Below are positions 13,201-26,616 of a DNA stretch of 64,000 nt, in pieces. The stretch comes from the human T2T-CHM13v2.0 reference genome, Homo sapiens: the NCBI RefSeq assembly GCF_009914755.1, contig NC_060931.1; one strand, given 5' to 3'. The translations under genes and the position numbers were made by a program. Below the pieces are notes generated by a model. The model was not told the origin of the DNA. It did no database searches and saw only the letters and a list, made by a program, of their open reading frames with translations. Every line of letters starts with the position of its first letter. Within the stretch, counting starts at the first letter, position 1.

Positions 13201-14913
13201 AAGATATGGCATGTAGCCAAAAGAAAATTCCTCCTTGGTACAAGGTTCAGAATTGAAAAGATTATATAATTTCTGTAATGAATACGTGAAAGGAGATGAG
13301 GTTTTCATTCAAGGTAGAAAATGACATCCATTATAAAAGTGCTATTAATAACAGCCTTTTAATATTTAAAAGAGAAGAGTGATTAAGACAGAACCCATAC
13401 TTTATTATTCTATCTTCTACATGTATTAAGTAGGTTTGACCATATTCAGGTGTATTACATATAATTAAGAATAAAGCTAAAAGTTCTCTTTTTTTAATCC
13501 ATATGGGACACAGTAGATGGCTGTGCCTATTTTAAGCTATCATATTTATGTAAACAGCTTAACTTGCCTTTTCTGAGTGTAAATTTGTTGTGTATTTTGC
13601 ACTTTCTCATCAAATTAAAATGACTTAGTTATGTGAGCTCAATCACATAATACCTTTGAGAGTTTATTCATTCAACTTTAAGACAGTCAAACAGTCTCAT
13701 TCTGGGAGCAATTAGCACTCAGATAATTATTACCTATATTTTCATACTATGTCAACAGAATGATTTTATTAAAACAAAATTTTTTAATACATCTATTGCA
13801 TTTTGGGCACTATAGTTGAAGGTCATTTTTAAACAAGAGCAGTGTCAAATTTTACACTAAAATATAAATAAAACAATATTTTATTACTAGATTGTGAATG
13901 TCTTTATATGTAGGAACTATATGTTGTTCATCTTTGTATACTCCCTAGGATGTAGAATAATGTTTAGTTAAAGCAGAAAGTTAAAAAGTGTAGAATTAAA
14001 TTAAAATAATGAGCATATGGATTGTTTTCTAAATATAAAAGTGTTTTATCTAGTTGTAATGTTCTACTAGTTACTAACTAGTTAAAATGTTCTACCTTTT
14101 ATTTTATACCAAAATTTGCTGGTATTGCTTTTGGTCTACTGACATTTCTAGCATTTAATTACCACAAAAGCAATCTGATTCTTTTTTAACATGTTACTTT
14201 TTTTATCAATGTAAATTAAAATCTTAAAATCCATAAGATAAATGATAAATGTTAAACATCTATAAAATGCCAATGGAAACCCTACTAATTAACTTGAGAA
14301 CTGATTTGATTTTGGGTACCACTTAAATCACAAGGCTTTTATAGTTCTATCCAATGAAATTATTTTTATAATCTCTTTCTAAATTGTGATATAAATTTTT
14401 AAAAATATTTGATTTTCTTGTTGAACCATGATGATACATTTCCCCCCAAAATACATAAAAAGTTGAATAGACTGCTGTCTTCAAAATTAAACATTTAGTT
14501 CAGAATTGACAATGAAAGCATATATATGAGGATCATTTTTCCACCTTGAAATAATCTTTTGAAAAATAGGATATTAACTTGACTTTCCTCAAAGCTACTT
14601 ACAAGTAGAACTCTAGAATAATCAGTTGCATTATTTGGACAATATGTAGATATTTTCAGCTTTTACTTTTACTTGCACCCAATAGAATTTTATTGTAACT
14701 GCAAATAATTGTTTATTGACAGATTTGAATATATAATTTAATATGGATGGGTAACTTAATTATAAAACCAGCATGGAATTAAATATTTCTGTTATTAAGA
14801 CAGATGCTCATCAGAATCACATATATTGAGATCTTATTTGTATCAAATACAGATATTTTTATTTTTATCTTGTATCAAATATAGTAATAAAATGAATGTT
14901 CTCAATTAATTGT

Positions 14914-15300
14914 TTCAACAACCTTATGAGAAAGATGCCATTAGTGTCCCATTTTAAAAAAAGGAGGCCAGGTACAGTGGCTCACACCTGTAATCTCAAC
15001 ACATTGGGAGGCTGAGACAGGAGGATTGCTTGAGCCCAGGAGTTTAAGATCAGCCTGAGCAACATAGGGAGACCACAACTCTAGGGAAAAAAAGAAATTG
15101 GCCAGTGGTAGTCCGCAGTCCTAGTTACTCAGGAGCCTGAGGTGGGAGGATCACTTGAACCCAGGAGGTCAAGGCTATAGTGAGCCTGCATGACAGAGTG
15201 AGAACCTGTCTCAAAACAAAAACAAAAACAAATAACAAATAAAAGAAAAGGAAACTAAGGGTTAGTGGCCTCAAGATCTCCAACTCAGAGCTGAGACATT
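14914..15300 (-). mobile_element. MIR fragment split by an Alu
   Basis: tcaacaaccttatgag...tgtccccatttta[Alu]aggaaactaaggg is the reverse-complement MIR core. Confidence 0.65.
14966..15245 (+). mobile_element. AluJ with a ~27 bp right-arm deletion
   Basis: AluJ diagnostics (ggaggattgcttgagcccaggagtt; aggtcaaggctatagtgagc). TSD approximately aaaaaaagga / aagaaaagga. Confidence 0.95.
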
Positions 15301-16040
15301 CTCTGAATAATGCATATTTCTTAACTAACAATTGTTAGGTTTAGAGGGTTAGAAAGAGTTGATTAACAAATATCAAAATCAAATAAAAATAAAAAGTAGA
15401 AACACATTATGACATCAATATATTATTTCATTATTTTTCCTAAATTAGCAATTGTAGAAAAATTACACAATATCTCTGAGGAAATGGATTATGGCAGATT
15501 CTGTGATTATTTGCCAGGAAAACATGAAATCAGTGATAACTGTATTTGAGATCTCATAATAAGGAAAAAAGTTGTTTGCATTGAGATGGATTGTAACTCT
15601 GATGTCCTTGACTGGCAGACCAAACACTTTTTCCCTGCTGTTACAAATAAGTCAGAAACTGAATCAAACAATCTAACATGTTTAATAATTAAAATATATT
15701 AAACTACGTTTTCATTTGCCTACTAAAGTTGGACATCAACAGATTTCAAAAAGAGATTTAGGCACCTCATCCAAAAATGTATAAATCAAGGAAAAGAAAA
15801 AATCAATAAATTTCACATTTTAAGTGTTCAATACCAAAGTATTTATTCAGCACTGTTGTAATCTGACAAACTCAACCTTCTGTCTTTGTCATCTAGAAAT
15901 ACAACCTTCATCACTAAATTATTTGAATAATCACCTTGACTATTTTTCTTAAAACTACTTGGATTATACGTAAATAATGTAGTTATTACAGAACTATAAG
16001 AGGACTTCTCATTCCAAATTGCTACTTTAGAAGAGTTAGA

Positions 16041-16341
16041 TTTTATTTATTTTTTGAGAGAAAGGTCTTGCTCTGTTGCCTAGGCTGGAGTGCAGTGGCA
16101 AGCTCATGACTCTCTGCAGCCTTGACCTCCTAAGCTCAAGCGATCCTCCTGCCTCAGCCTCTTCAGTAGCTGGAACTACAGGTATGTACCACCACCACCA
16201 CCTGGCTAATTTGTTTATTTTTGGGGGGATGGGGTTTTGCCATGTTGCCCAGGCTGGTCTCATACTCCTGAGCTCAAGCAATCTGCCCACCTTGGCCTCC
16301 CAAAGTGCTAGGATTACAGGCATGAGCCACTGTGCTCAGCC
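16041..16341 (-). mobile_element. AluJ, full length
   Basis: Reverse-complement Alu dimer with J diagnostics (ctcaagcgatcctcctgcctcagcc; ctcctgagctcaagcaatc). Source of ORFs 16036-16323 and 16076-16351. Confidence 0.96.
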
Positions 16342-16791
16342 ATATTTTTAAAGAAAAACAATTTTTCATATCTCAAGTAAACTAAACAATGTATTACTCT
16401 AGTTATGAGTAATATGTTGTTGGAATTCTCAGCAAATGAAACAAAAAAGTAAACTTTAAAGAAGTACATATTTAAACAAAGTCATTGAACAAAGACAAAA
16501 AATATGTCTATAAAAATCAAATATCCACTCTCTCCCAGTGCCATTTGTAACAATACTGTTAATACTTTCTTGCCTAGTTGAAGGGTTCAATGTACTTTCC
16601 AAAATCTGTAATTTGCATTCATAATTTGGAATTAAGTTGAAGATCTGATCTGGAATAAGCCATTCACATAGTAAAGATGAGTGAAGAAAGCTGTGTGGTT
16701 CAGAGGCACACTGAAGAAGAGCCCATCCTCTCTCAAGGGAAATCTGGTGCCCTGCTTCAGTTCAACACTGCCATGCAAGAAAGATGTGAGG

Positions 16792-18676
16792 GAAGTTATA
16801 TTTCTAGGCATTTTATTCTTTTTGTGGCCATTATGAATGGGATTGCATTCTTGATTTGGCTTCAGCTTGAACGTTGTTGGTGTATGGGAATGCTACTAAT
16901 TTTTATACATTGATTTTGTATCCTGAAACTTAGCCGAAGTAGTATATCAGATCAAGGAGCTTTTAGGCAGAGACTATGCAATGGAAATCACACAATACTG
17001 CTCAAAGAAATCAGAGATAACACATCCATGCTCATGGACAGGAAGAGTCAATATTGTTCAGATGGCCATACTGCCCAAAGCAACTTACAGATTCAATACT
17101 ATTCCTATCAAACTAACTATGAATTCTTCATGGAATTAGAAAAAAAAATTTTTAAATTCATACAGAACCAAAAAAGAACCTTAATAGTCAAGTTGATCCT
17201 AAGCAAAAGGAACAAAGCTGGAGGTGTCACATTACCCAACTTTAAACTATTCTACAAAGCCACAGTAACCCAATCCGCATGGTACTGCTACAAAAACGAA
17301 CACATATAGAAATGGAATGAAAATAGAGATCTCAGAAATAAGGCCATGCACCTACAACCGTCTGATCTTCAACAAAGCTGACAAAAACAAGCGATAGGGA
17401 AAGAATTCCCCATTCAATAAATGGTGCTGGAATAACTGACTAGCCATATGCAGAAGATCGAAACTGGACCCTTTCCTTATACCACATACAAAAATCAACT
17501 CAAGATAGATTAAAGACTTAAATGCAAAACCTAAAACTATAAAAACCATGGAAGACAGCCTAGGGAATACCATTCTGGACATAGGATTTGGCAAAGATTT
17601 CACAACGAAGACACCAAAAGCAATTGCAAAAAGAAAAAAAAACCCCAAAAATTAACAAATGGGACCTAATCAAACTAAAGAGCTTCTGCACAGCAAAAGA
17701 AACTATCAATAGAGTAACAACCTACAGATTGGAAAAAGCTTTTGTAAACTATGCATCTGAAAAAAGTCTAATTTCCAGAATCTACCAGAAATTTAAACAA
17801 ATTTACAAGGAAAAAACAAAACACCTCATTAAAAAGTGGGCAAAAAACATGAATGGACACTGCAAAAGAAGACATACACACAGCCAACAAGCATATAAAA
17901 AAAGCCCAAAATCAATAATCATTAAAGAAATGAAAATCAAAATCACAGTGAGATACCATCCCATACCAGTCAGAATGGCTATCATTAAAAAGTAAAAAAA
18001 AGTAACAGATGCTGGCGAGGTTGTGGAGAAAAGGGAACACTTATACACTGCAGGTGGGAATGTAAATGAGTTCAGCCATTGTGGAAAGCAGTTTGGCAAT
18101 TTCTAAAAGAACTTAAAGCAGAATTATCACTTGACCCAGCAATCCCATTCTGGGGTATACGCCCAAAGGGATATTAATAATTCTGCCATAAAGACACATG
18201 CACGCATATGTTCATTACAGCACTATTCACAATAGCAAAGACATGGAATCAACCTAAATGCCTATCAGTGGTAGTCTGGGTAAACAAAATGTGGTACATA
18301 TACACTATGGAATACTATGCAGCCATAAAAAAGAATGGGATTATGTCCTTTGCAGCAGCATGGATGGAACTAGAGGCCATTATCCTCAGCAAACTAACAC
18401 ATGACCAGAAAACAAAATAATGCTTGTTTTCACTTATAAGTGGGACTAAACATCAAGTACGTATGAACACAGAGAAAAGAATAACAGACACTGGGATCTC
18501 TTTGAGGGTGAAGATTAAGAGGAGGGTAAGGATCGCAAAACTACCTATTGGGTACTGTGCTTATTACCTGGGTAGCAAAATAATCTGTATATCAAACCCC
18601 CATGACACACAACACATAATTTACCTATATAGCAAACCTGCCCATGTACCCCTGAACCTAAAAGTTAAAAAAAAAA
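16792..18676 (+). mobile_element. 5'-truncated, 5'-inverted L1 (L1PA15/16-like)
   Basis: 16792-16978 is inverted ORF2. 16979-18676 is sense ORF2 C-terminus ([23 protein letters not shown]; MFITALFTIAKTWNQPKC), 3' UTR and poly(A). TSD aagaaagatgtgagg (16777-16791) / aaaaaagatgagagg (18671-18685). Confidence 0.95.
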
Positions 18677-18799
18677 GATGAGAGGAGTACTGCCACATCT
18701 TGTGATTCTTTAAGAGATACGTGAACTTTAAAACTTTGTGTGTAATATATAATACTTCTATTTAAAAATATTTGCCAATCTCACATTAAAAAATAAGTT

Positions 18800-19043
18800 T
18801 TTGGCTTCTGAGGACTCAGGAGATAAGAGTTGTTCCCCAGAAAAGAGAGAATTCTACTACTATAGGAATTTATAGGAATGTGGCTCTTCAATTTTAGCAT
18901 ATACCTCCATCACCCAGGGCATTTGGCTCCTGGGGACTCAGGAGATAAGAATTGTTCCCAAGAACAGAGAGAATTCTATTACTATAGGAATTTATAGGAA
19001 TGTGGCTCTTCAATTTTAGCACATACCACAATCACCCAGAGCT
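18800..19043 (+). repeat. 122-bp direct tandem duplication (2 copies)
   Basis: Anchors ggactcagg at 18812/18934 and tataggaatt at 18861/18983 are both 122 bp apart. The copies differ by scattered substitutions. Confidence 0.95.
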
Positions 19044-19183
19044 TGTTAAAATACAGATTCTTTGGGTCCTTTCCTTGACATTTGGATTCAGTAGGTATGG
19101 GATAGGGTCAGAGAATTTCCATTTCCAAGTTCCCAGGTGATTGTGATGCTGCTGTTCCAGGGGCCATACTTTGAGAATCACTG
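19000..19183. mobile_element. MER5A (hAT-Charlie MITE)
   Basis: Termini gtggctcttcaa... and ...tttgagaatcactg; internal gcttgttaaaatacagattc and caagttcccaggtgattgtgatgctgctg. Confidence 0.85.
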
Positions 19184-19267
19184 ACCCACTTTGGTCATAA
19201 TTTGAAAAACCCTACACATGGAGTTTTTTCATTTAAATAAAAGGAATAAATTATGAGCCACTATTAA

Positions 19268-22200
19268 CTTTTTAAACAATTTTATTGATGTTAATGTATG
19301 TATCATAAAATTCACTCATTGAAAATACACAATTCAATATTTTTTGGTAAATATTTTATAGAGTTGTGTAACTATACCAAAATTCCATTTTAGAGCTAAA
19401 ATTCAGAGCTACAATTTTTTTTCCAAATCTGTTTGCAATCAATCTCTCCTCTGACCACCAGCCTCAGGCAACCTCTGATATAAATTTTTTTCTGTATAAA
19501 TGGGTTTGTTCTGCTTTGTTTTACATAAATGGAACTTACATGCAATCTTTCCATCCAGCTTCCTTCACTTACTATGATGCTTGTGAGGTTCTACCATGTT
19601 ATAGCACATAGCAATATTTTGTTTCTTTTAACTGCAAACTAAATTTTACAGGTAAGCCGCATTTTGTTTGTCCATTCACCAGTTTATGGGCTTATGAATT
19701 TTCCCAGTTTTTGGCTATAAAGAATAATGTTGATATGAATATTACATACAACTATTTCCATGAGCATAAATTGTCATTTTTGGGAGGTATATTTCTAGGT
19801 GTAGAATTAACTTCTTAAGAAACTTCCAAACTGCTAAAGTAGTTGTTTCATTTTATCTACTGGAAACTAGTGGAGGTTCCAGGTATTGGACATACTCACC
19901 AACACTGGGTACTGTATGGTTTTTTGATTACAGCCTTCTCAGTGGGCATGTAGTGATATATCTTTGTAATTTTAATTTGCATTTCTTTAATTATTAATAA
20001 TGTTGATCACATCTTCATTTTCTTATTAGCATTTATAAAAAATCTTTTGTGAAATGTCTATTTAAGTAATTAGTCTACTTTTTAAATTGGATTGTTTCTC
20101 ATTATTATTATTGGAGAGAGATATTTATATAATCTGGGTTCAAGTCCTTTATCAGATATATGATTTACAAATATTTTTCCACTCTGGCTTATCTTTCCAT
20201 TTTCTTAATGGTATCTTTTAAAGAACAAATAGTTTTAATTTTATCAGATTCCAATTTATCTTATTTTTTATTTATGGGTCTTTCAATATAATGTCTAAAG
20301 ACACCCCGCCTAACCCAAAGACACAAAAGATTTCCACATATTTTTTCCAGAAGTGTTATAGTTTTAGAACTTATTAGTATTATTGACTTTTATCTTTTTT
20401 CCTATTTTTTTTTTTTTTTTTTTTTGCAGGAGGCAGCCTAACTGGATTTTGTCGGTTTTCTTATCTTATAAAAAAACTAGTCTTTGGTTTCATTCATTTT
20501 CTCTACAATTTTTCAACTTTATATTTCATTGATTTGTGTTCTAATGTTTATTATTTTCTTCCTTCTGCTTTAGATTTAGTTTGCTTTTCTTTTTATGATT
20601 TTTAAGGTATAAACTTAGGTTACTAAGGCCTTTTTTTCTCTTCTACTACAGGCATTTACATCTATAAATGTTCCTCTAAACCCTGCTTTAGCTACCTTGC
20701 ATAAAGTTTTGTATGTTAGAGTTAAATTTTCATTCAGGTAAAAATATGTTTTATTCTTCTTTGTGGTTTTTTTTGATCCATGAGAGATTCAAAGTATATT
20801 TATTTAATTTTTACTCTTTGTTGTTTTCCCAGATTTTTTTCTGTTGTGAATTTTTAATAAAATTTTGTCATGGTCAGAGCAACACCTAGTATGATGTCAA
20901 TCTTTTTATATTCATTGAGACTTGTTTTGTGAAACAGTAAATGGTTTCTAATAGAAAATGTTCCACAAGTGCTTGAACAGAATGTGCGTTCTGCATTCAT
21001 TTGGTAGGGTGTTTAATAGAAGTCGATAAATGCCAGCAATGGAATATTTGTCATTTTTTAATCTGGGAAGGTCTGTCCTCAGAGATCTTCATTATTAAAT
21101 GATTCTATTGATGACCACACTATTATGTTCATCCAATTTCATCATCATTAGACCATAATATTGCTGAACATACTATTCCTATATGAGAGGGGTTTTTTCT
21201 TTCAGCCCTTTGAATATGTTATTCCACTATCTTTTGGCCTTTGTTGTTTCTGATTAGATGTCAGGAATTTTTTTGTATTGTCCTTTACCTGTATGTAAAG
21301 AGTTATTTTTATGTTGCTGCCTTCAAACTCTGTGTGTTGTATGTAATATTTTCGTTTAACAACATTTGCCAAATGCACATTAAAACAATGTACTGGTACA
21401 AAAATAGAAGCATAGACCAATGGAACAGAATAGAGAGCCCAGAAGTAAGGCTGCACACCTACAACCATTTGACCTTTACAAAAATTGACAAAAACAAGCA
21501 ATAGAGAAACAACTCACTATTCAAAAAATGGTGCTGGAATAACTGGCTAGCCATTTTCACTTTCTCTTTGTCTTTCCACAGTTTGACTCAGCGTATCCTG
21601 GTGCAGATCACTTGATATTTATCTTATTTGTGGTTGGTTGATTTTAGAGTGCTGTAGATTAATGTATTACATCAAGTTTGAGAAACTTTCAAACATTATA
21701 TTCTTTTTTTCTGACACCGCAGACCTGCTGTTGAGCCACTCTAGTGAATTTTTATATTTTTCCGTTATTGTACTTTTTCATTTCCATAATTCCCAGTTGT
21801 TTAATTTAAAGTAATTGTTATATCTTTTTTGAAATTATCTCTTCAGTGAGTTATTTTCATGGATCCCTTTAATTCTTTGAACAATTTTTATTTTTAAAAC
21901 ACATTTATAATGACTGTTTTGATAACAACATCTATGTTTTAACATCTGGGAAAATTCAGAAACTATTTATACTGACTGCTTTTGTTCCTCAGTATGAGTC
22001 ACACGTTCTTATTTCTTTGCATATCTCATAATTTTCTGTTGAATATTGAACTTTTTATGCAACATAACAACTCTTGATTTTTACTTTCTCTTCTTAAGAT
22101 GTATATTTTTTTTGGCTTGTTATTTATTTTGTAATTTTGCCTGGACTAAATCTGTGAAGTCTGCCTTTTCACTGTGTATGACCTGCAATGCAGACCTCTT

Positions 22201-23010
22201 CTACTTTTGCTTTTTCTTATTCTTTATTTTTAAGCTTTGCATCCTAAGGGTGTGGTAGTGTGTTGCTGTTACACATAGCTTAGTGTTCACCCAAAGATTG
22301 GTCAGAGTTGTGCTTACCACCTTGGTTATTAAGTGTTTCATTTTTTGCTGATAGATATATATGTGGCCTAAACAGAACATTTACATTTTAGATTACATTT
22401 GAAGTTTTTCCAGGCTTTTACTTTACATAAGGCTTTCTGACATCTTTGTCGCACATGCATAGATAGGCTTTAAAGGCCCAGGAGGTGTGGGTAGCTTGGG
22501 CCTGTTGTGTTCTCTGTTGTTCATGCACATAAACTCCAGTCAACCTGAGATATATGCGGCGTTTATCAAGCCATCTTTGACTGCCCAACCTCCCAAAAAT
22601 GTCTGTCAAATCCTTGGCTAGTCCACTGATGCACTGAATGCACCATATAAATGTGCACACTCATACTAACGAAATTGCCACACTTCCTGTTCTCTTGCAA
22701 CTGAGATGGCCACTTAAACTGGTGATACTCCAAATCAAACGAGCCCTTTCGGCAGTGGCAGCAAGCCCTGCCCTGTCCTGGTTGAACTACCATATTGACA
22801 CAACTGGAAAGGGGGTGGATGGGAGCATGCCCAGGAAAAAATGCCATGGTCTTACAACTGAAGTTCATGCATTTTATTCATAAACACTTAGTTGGTTTTA
22901 TGCCTTTGGTTGAATTCTGGAGCAAAGAATTACTTGTTTTTGACAAGTTTGTCCAGCTTTACAGTTTTTTGGGGAAAGAATTTGTCAGCTTCTCACTTTG
23001 TCATGCCTTC
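19268..23010 (-). mobile_element. Old L1M element(s), internally deleted (3' UTR, ORF2 pieces, ORF1, 5' region)
   Basis: T-rich reverse-complement L1: 3' UTR/ORF2 end ~19268-20375, endonuclease region ~20450-21020, ORF1 ~21100-22260 ([15 protein letters not shown]-like), and an L1M-type 5' end near 22900-23010. Confidence 0.8.
21382..21554 (+). mobile_element. Internal primate-L1 ORF2 fragment without poly(A)
   Basis: Translates [37 protein letters not shown] (L1 ORF2). Opposite orientation to the surrounding L1M. Confidence 0.9.
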
Positions 23011-23964
23011 CATTGACTTTCGACTGCTTGATTTATACAAAATTATTTAAAAATAACAAAAGTTTAGATAGAGAAATATATGGTATTCTTATACAGATAA
23101 AAGAACTGAGACAAGAAAGCATACGGAATTGGCCTAGTTTTTCACTAAAAGTTAATGACCAAGTTGAATGTAAACCCAACTTTTTGATTAACAGTCCCAT
23201 ATTATCTATGGCCTGATATTTTCTGAGGCCAGAGGATTCAAAAGTATACTTCACAGTTCATAGCTGTTGGTTATAAAATAAAAGGTAAATATTAATAACA
23301 GGAAGCTGTGAACCAAGATTAAATGGATGTTAGATATATTTTTAAACTATGGTTTTAAGTAGATTTCCTTCCTAAATAATGACTTCTCTTTGAAAGCATA
23401 TTTAAAAGTGAAAACTTTTCTCGGCAGTCATAATTTATCTAAAAACCACTTTATTTTGACACCATCTCCTTTGAAGAAGGCATCATGGAGACCACCTCTG
23501 AAAAGAGACTACCTTTTCCTTGTTCATGAACGCTGTTTCAAAATGAAATGACTACATTATTTCCAATAGCTGGTATGAGCCATAGCCATGCATGCTCCCT
23601 CAGGTGCAGCCTTCTTAATTGGCTGAAAAATAGGTCAGTGCTCTACATTGAAGAACTGTTTCCTTCTTATAGTTCAGTCAACAGCCTACAGTATAGTCTT
23701 CCATACAGTAAGCTCAGGATCTCAGGATATTTGTGCTAAAATTATACTCCAATCAAGGCCACACATAAAACATAAATGCTTTTATATTGTAACATAATCT
23801 GAATAATATCAATAAAATAGTCATATATTATCTTGTTTGGAAATTGTTATATAATACAAACGTATATAATACAATGTATTCTATTATAAATATAATATTA
23901 TCTGTAAACAATAATGAGGTATATGGAATCAAATTGCTGCTGAATATGTTTCATGGGGAACATT

Positions 23965-24140
23965 GTGTGTTGTAGTAGAAAGAGCTTAAGTTTTAGAGTC
24001 AGACATATCAGTGTTTGAATCCTAACTCTATTACTTAATAGCTATGTGATTTAATGTTATTTACTCTCTCTTTGCTAAACCCTAGTCATCTTATTGAGGG
24101 GTTACAGTGTTATGTTTCTGCAATGACTAAATGGTTATGC
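23965..24140 (+). mobile_element. MIR fragment
   Basis: gtagtagaaagagc...ttttagagtcagac...tttgaatcctaactcta...tagctatgtga is the MIR 5' half. Confidence 0.75.
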
Positions 24141-24469
24141 TATATAGAGAACACCAATCTGACCTATAGACCAGTGCTAATACTGCTCATTGCTGTGCAT
24201 TTCCCAGCTCTGGATCGAGACACACGGGCATATCAAATCAGCTGATAATTTTGGATCTTCTCCAACTGATGTTTTAGAAATGTTTGTTTAACATATATTT
24301 AACGAATACTGAGAAACTCATTGTCTAATGTTTGTATTTTATATTTATTGTGTTATATTCAGAATATAAGACATATTTCATATTCTAAAAATTTCTTAGA
24401 TGATATACCAAGAGTTTAAATTTGAAAAAAAAATCTACTGCTCCTGGAAAAGAGTATTCATAAGGAATT

Positions 24470-25020
<551 letters not shown>

Positions 25021-25024
25021 CTAA

Positions 25025-25293
25025 AAAATTACTGTTAATTTTGTGAGATATGATGAAAGATGGTCATATATCATGTATAATGAATAAAAAGCCCCATCAC
25101 TGAAATACATACACACTAAAATATTTGTAGGAAAAATGGCCTAATTTCTGCAATATATATAAAAACTTGGGGTGGGAAGAATAAAATTGACACACTGTTG
25201 ATCATGATTGAAGCTGTGTGATGAGTACATGTAGTCATCCTAGATTTCTCTCCATCTTGTGGCATCATTGAAGGCTTCCATAATAAAAAGTTT
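25025..25293 (+). mobile_element. Old L1M (ME/MC) 3' end
   Basis: tgttgatcatgattgaagctgtgtgatgagtacatg...ttccataataaaaagttt resembles an L1ME-type 3' terminus. Confidence 0.6.
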
Positions 25294-25820
25294 GGGATTT
25301 TTTTTTGAACTATTGGTACTTTGAACCCCTTTGATAAATTATTTTTAATTATGATCTCTGGTTTGGTAACCCTGTCATGAACCCAAATGGAACAACCATT
25401 TCTACGATAAGTAAGTCACTGTTTTCTCTTTTATCCATTCTGTAGCCCTGATCTGAACAATGCTCTCCCTATTCCAGTTGAAAACTTCTTTGTGCATGAT
25501 CCCAAACTTCATCTTCATTTGTCCCAGGGAAGCTGAAAGATGCATATGTGACCTTAGTTGCAGATTAAAAATGAAATATTCTTAGTTTGAGTTAGACTTT
25601 TCTGGAAACAAGAATGACTGTTCTGGAAATTATACTCTTTTGTCATATTTATACCATCTTGAAAAGAGTGTTATCAAGTTGTCCCCACTAAGCAGCAAGG
25701 AAAGAATCATTCTGCCCAACAAGGGATTCTCTCTTGTTAGACTAATGATTGGGTACATGTCCTTAGCAGGTCACTTAAGTAACTTGCTCTAATGACCTTT
25801 AAATTAGAGACATAACACTG

Positions 25821-25914
25821 TTGACAGTAGTCAAGATATGATGATCCAGTTACTGACAATTAAATACTTGACAAGTAGTCAAGATATGATGCCAGTTACA
25901 TTGACAATAAAAAA
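25821..25914 (+). repeat. ~47-bp tandem duplication
   Basis: ttgacagtagtcaagatatgatgatccagttactgacaat is followed at 25868 by ttgacaagtagtcaagatatgatgccagttacattgacaat. Confidence 0.9.
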
Positions 25915-26392
25915 AAAGTAGAAAAAGTAAAAGTTTTATTTGTGTAATAGAAAAATTTTGTTTTGGTCTTTTTTATTATTTGTTCGGGTAACTAGAAATT
26001 CAAAATATTTTCCAGTACTTATTAATGCGTTGTCATCATTACATTGGACCCACAAAGTTAAATTGTGAAGGAACAATATTTGAAGAAATATAGCATTGGA
26101 AATGGAAGGCTTAAAATTTTTAAGTCAGTAATGATTTAGTATGACATTTTACATATGCTGAAAAATATGTGCACATTCTCAAAAAGCTAAGCAAACTAAT
26201 TTCTATATTATATTTTATGTAACATTAGTTTTTCAAATTCAATCACATGTAAATATTTTCCCAAAAGAGTATTTTCTTCACTTGTCTGTGGTTTAAATAA
26301 TTTCAAGGAAAAAAATGAACATTCTACTGGAATTCCATGTGATTAATTATATACTATCAAGGTCAATTCAGTGTGCACTCATTCATTTAAAT

Positions 26393-26616
26393 CAGGTTTT
26401 TTAAAACCTCACTGCAATGGACAGTCTGAGCCGGATTCTTCGTTGTTGTGGGGGGCTATACAGTATTGCACATTACAAGATGTTTGGCAATATCCCTGGT
26501 CTGTACTCATAAGATACCAGTAGCACTCCCACCCTCAAGTTGTGACAATAAAAAATGTCTCTGAACATTGCCAGAGATCTCCCTGGGGGCGAAATCAACT
26601 CCACTGAGAACCTGTG
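26393..26616 (+). mobile_element. MER20 (hAT-Charlie MITE)
   Basis: ~220 bp containing gataccagtagcactccc...caagttgtgacaataaaaaatgtctctgaacattgcca...ccctgggggcgaaatc. Confidence 0.9.

Noticed and set aside
22418-23254. Group of overlapping ORFs in a locally GC-richer patch
   Set aside because: Largely coincides with the 5' region of the old minus-strand L1M. Higher GC lowers stop frequency, and there is no CpG island.
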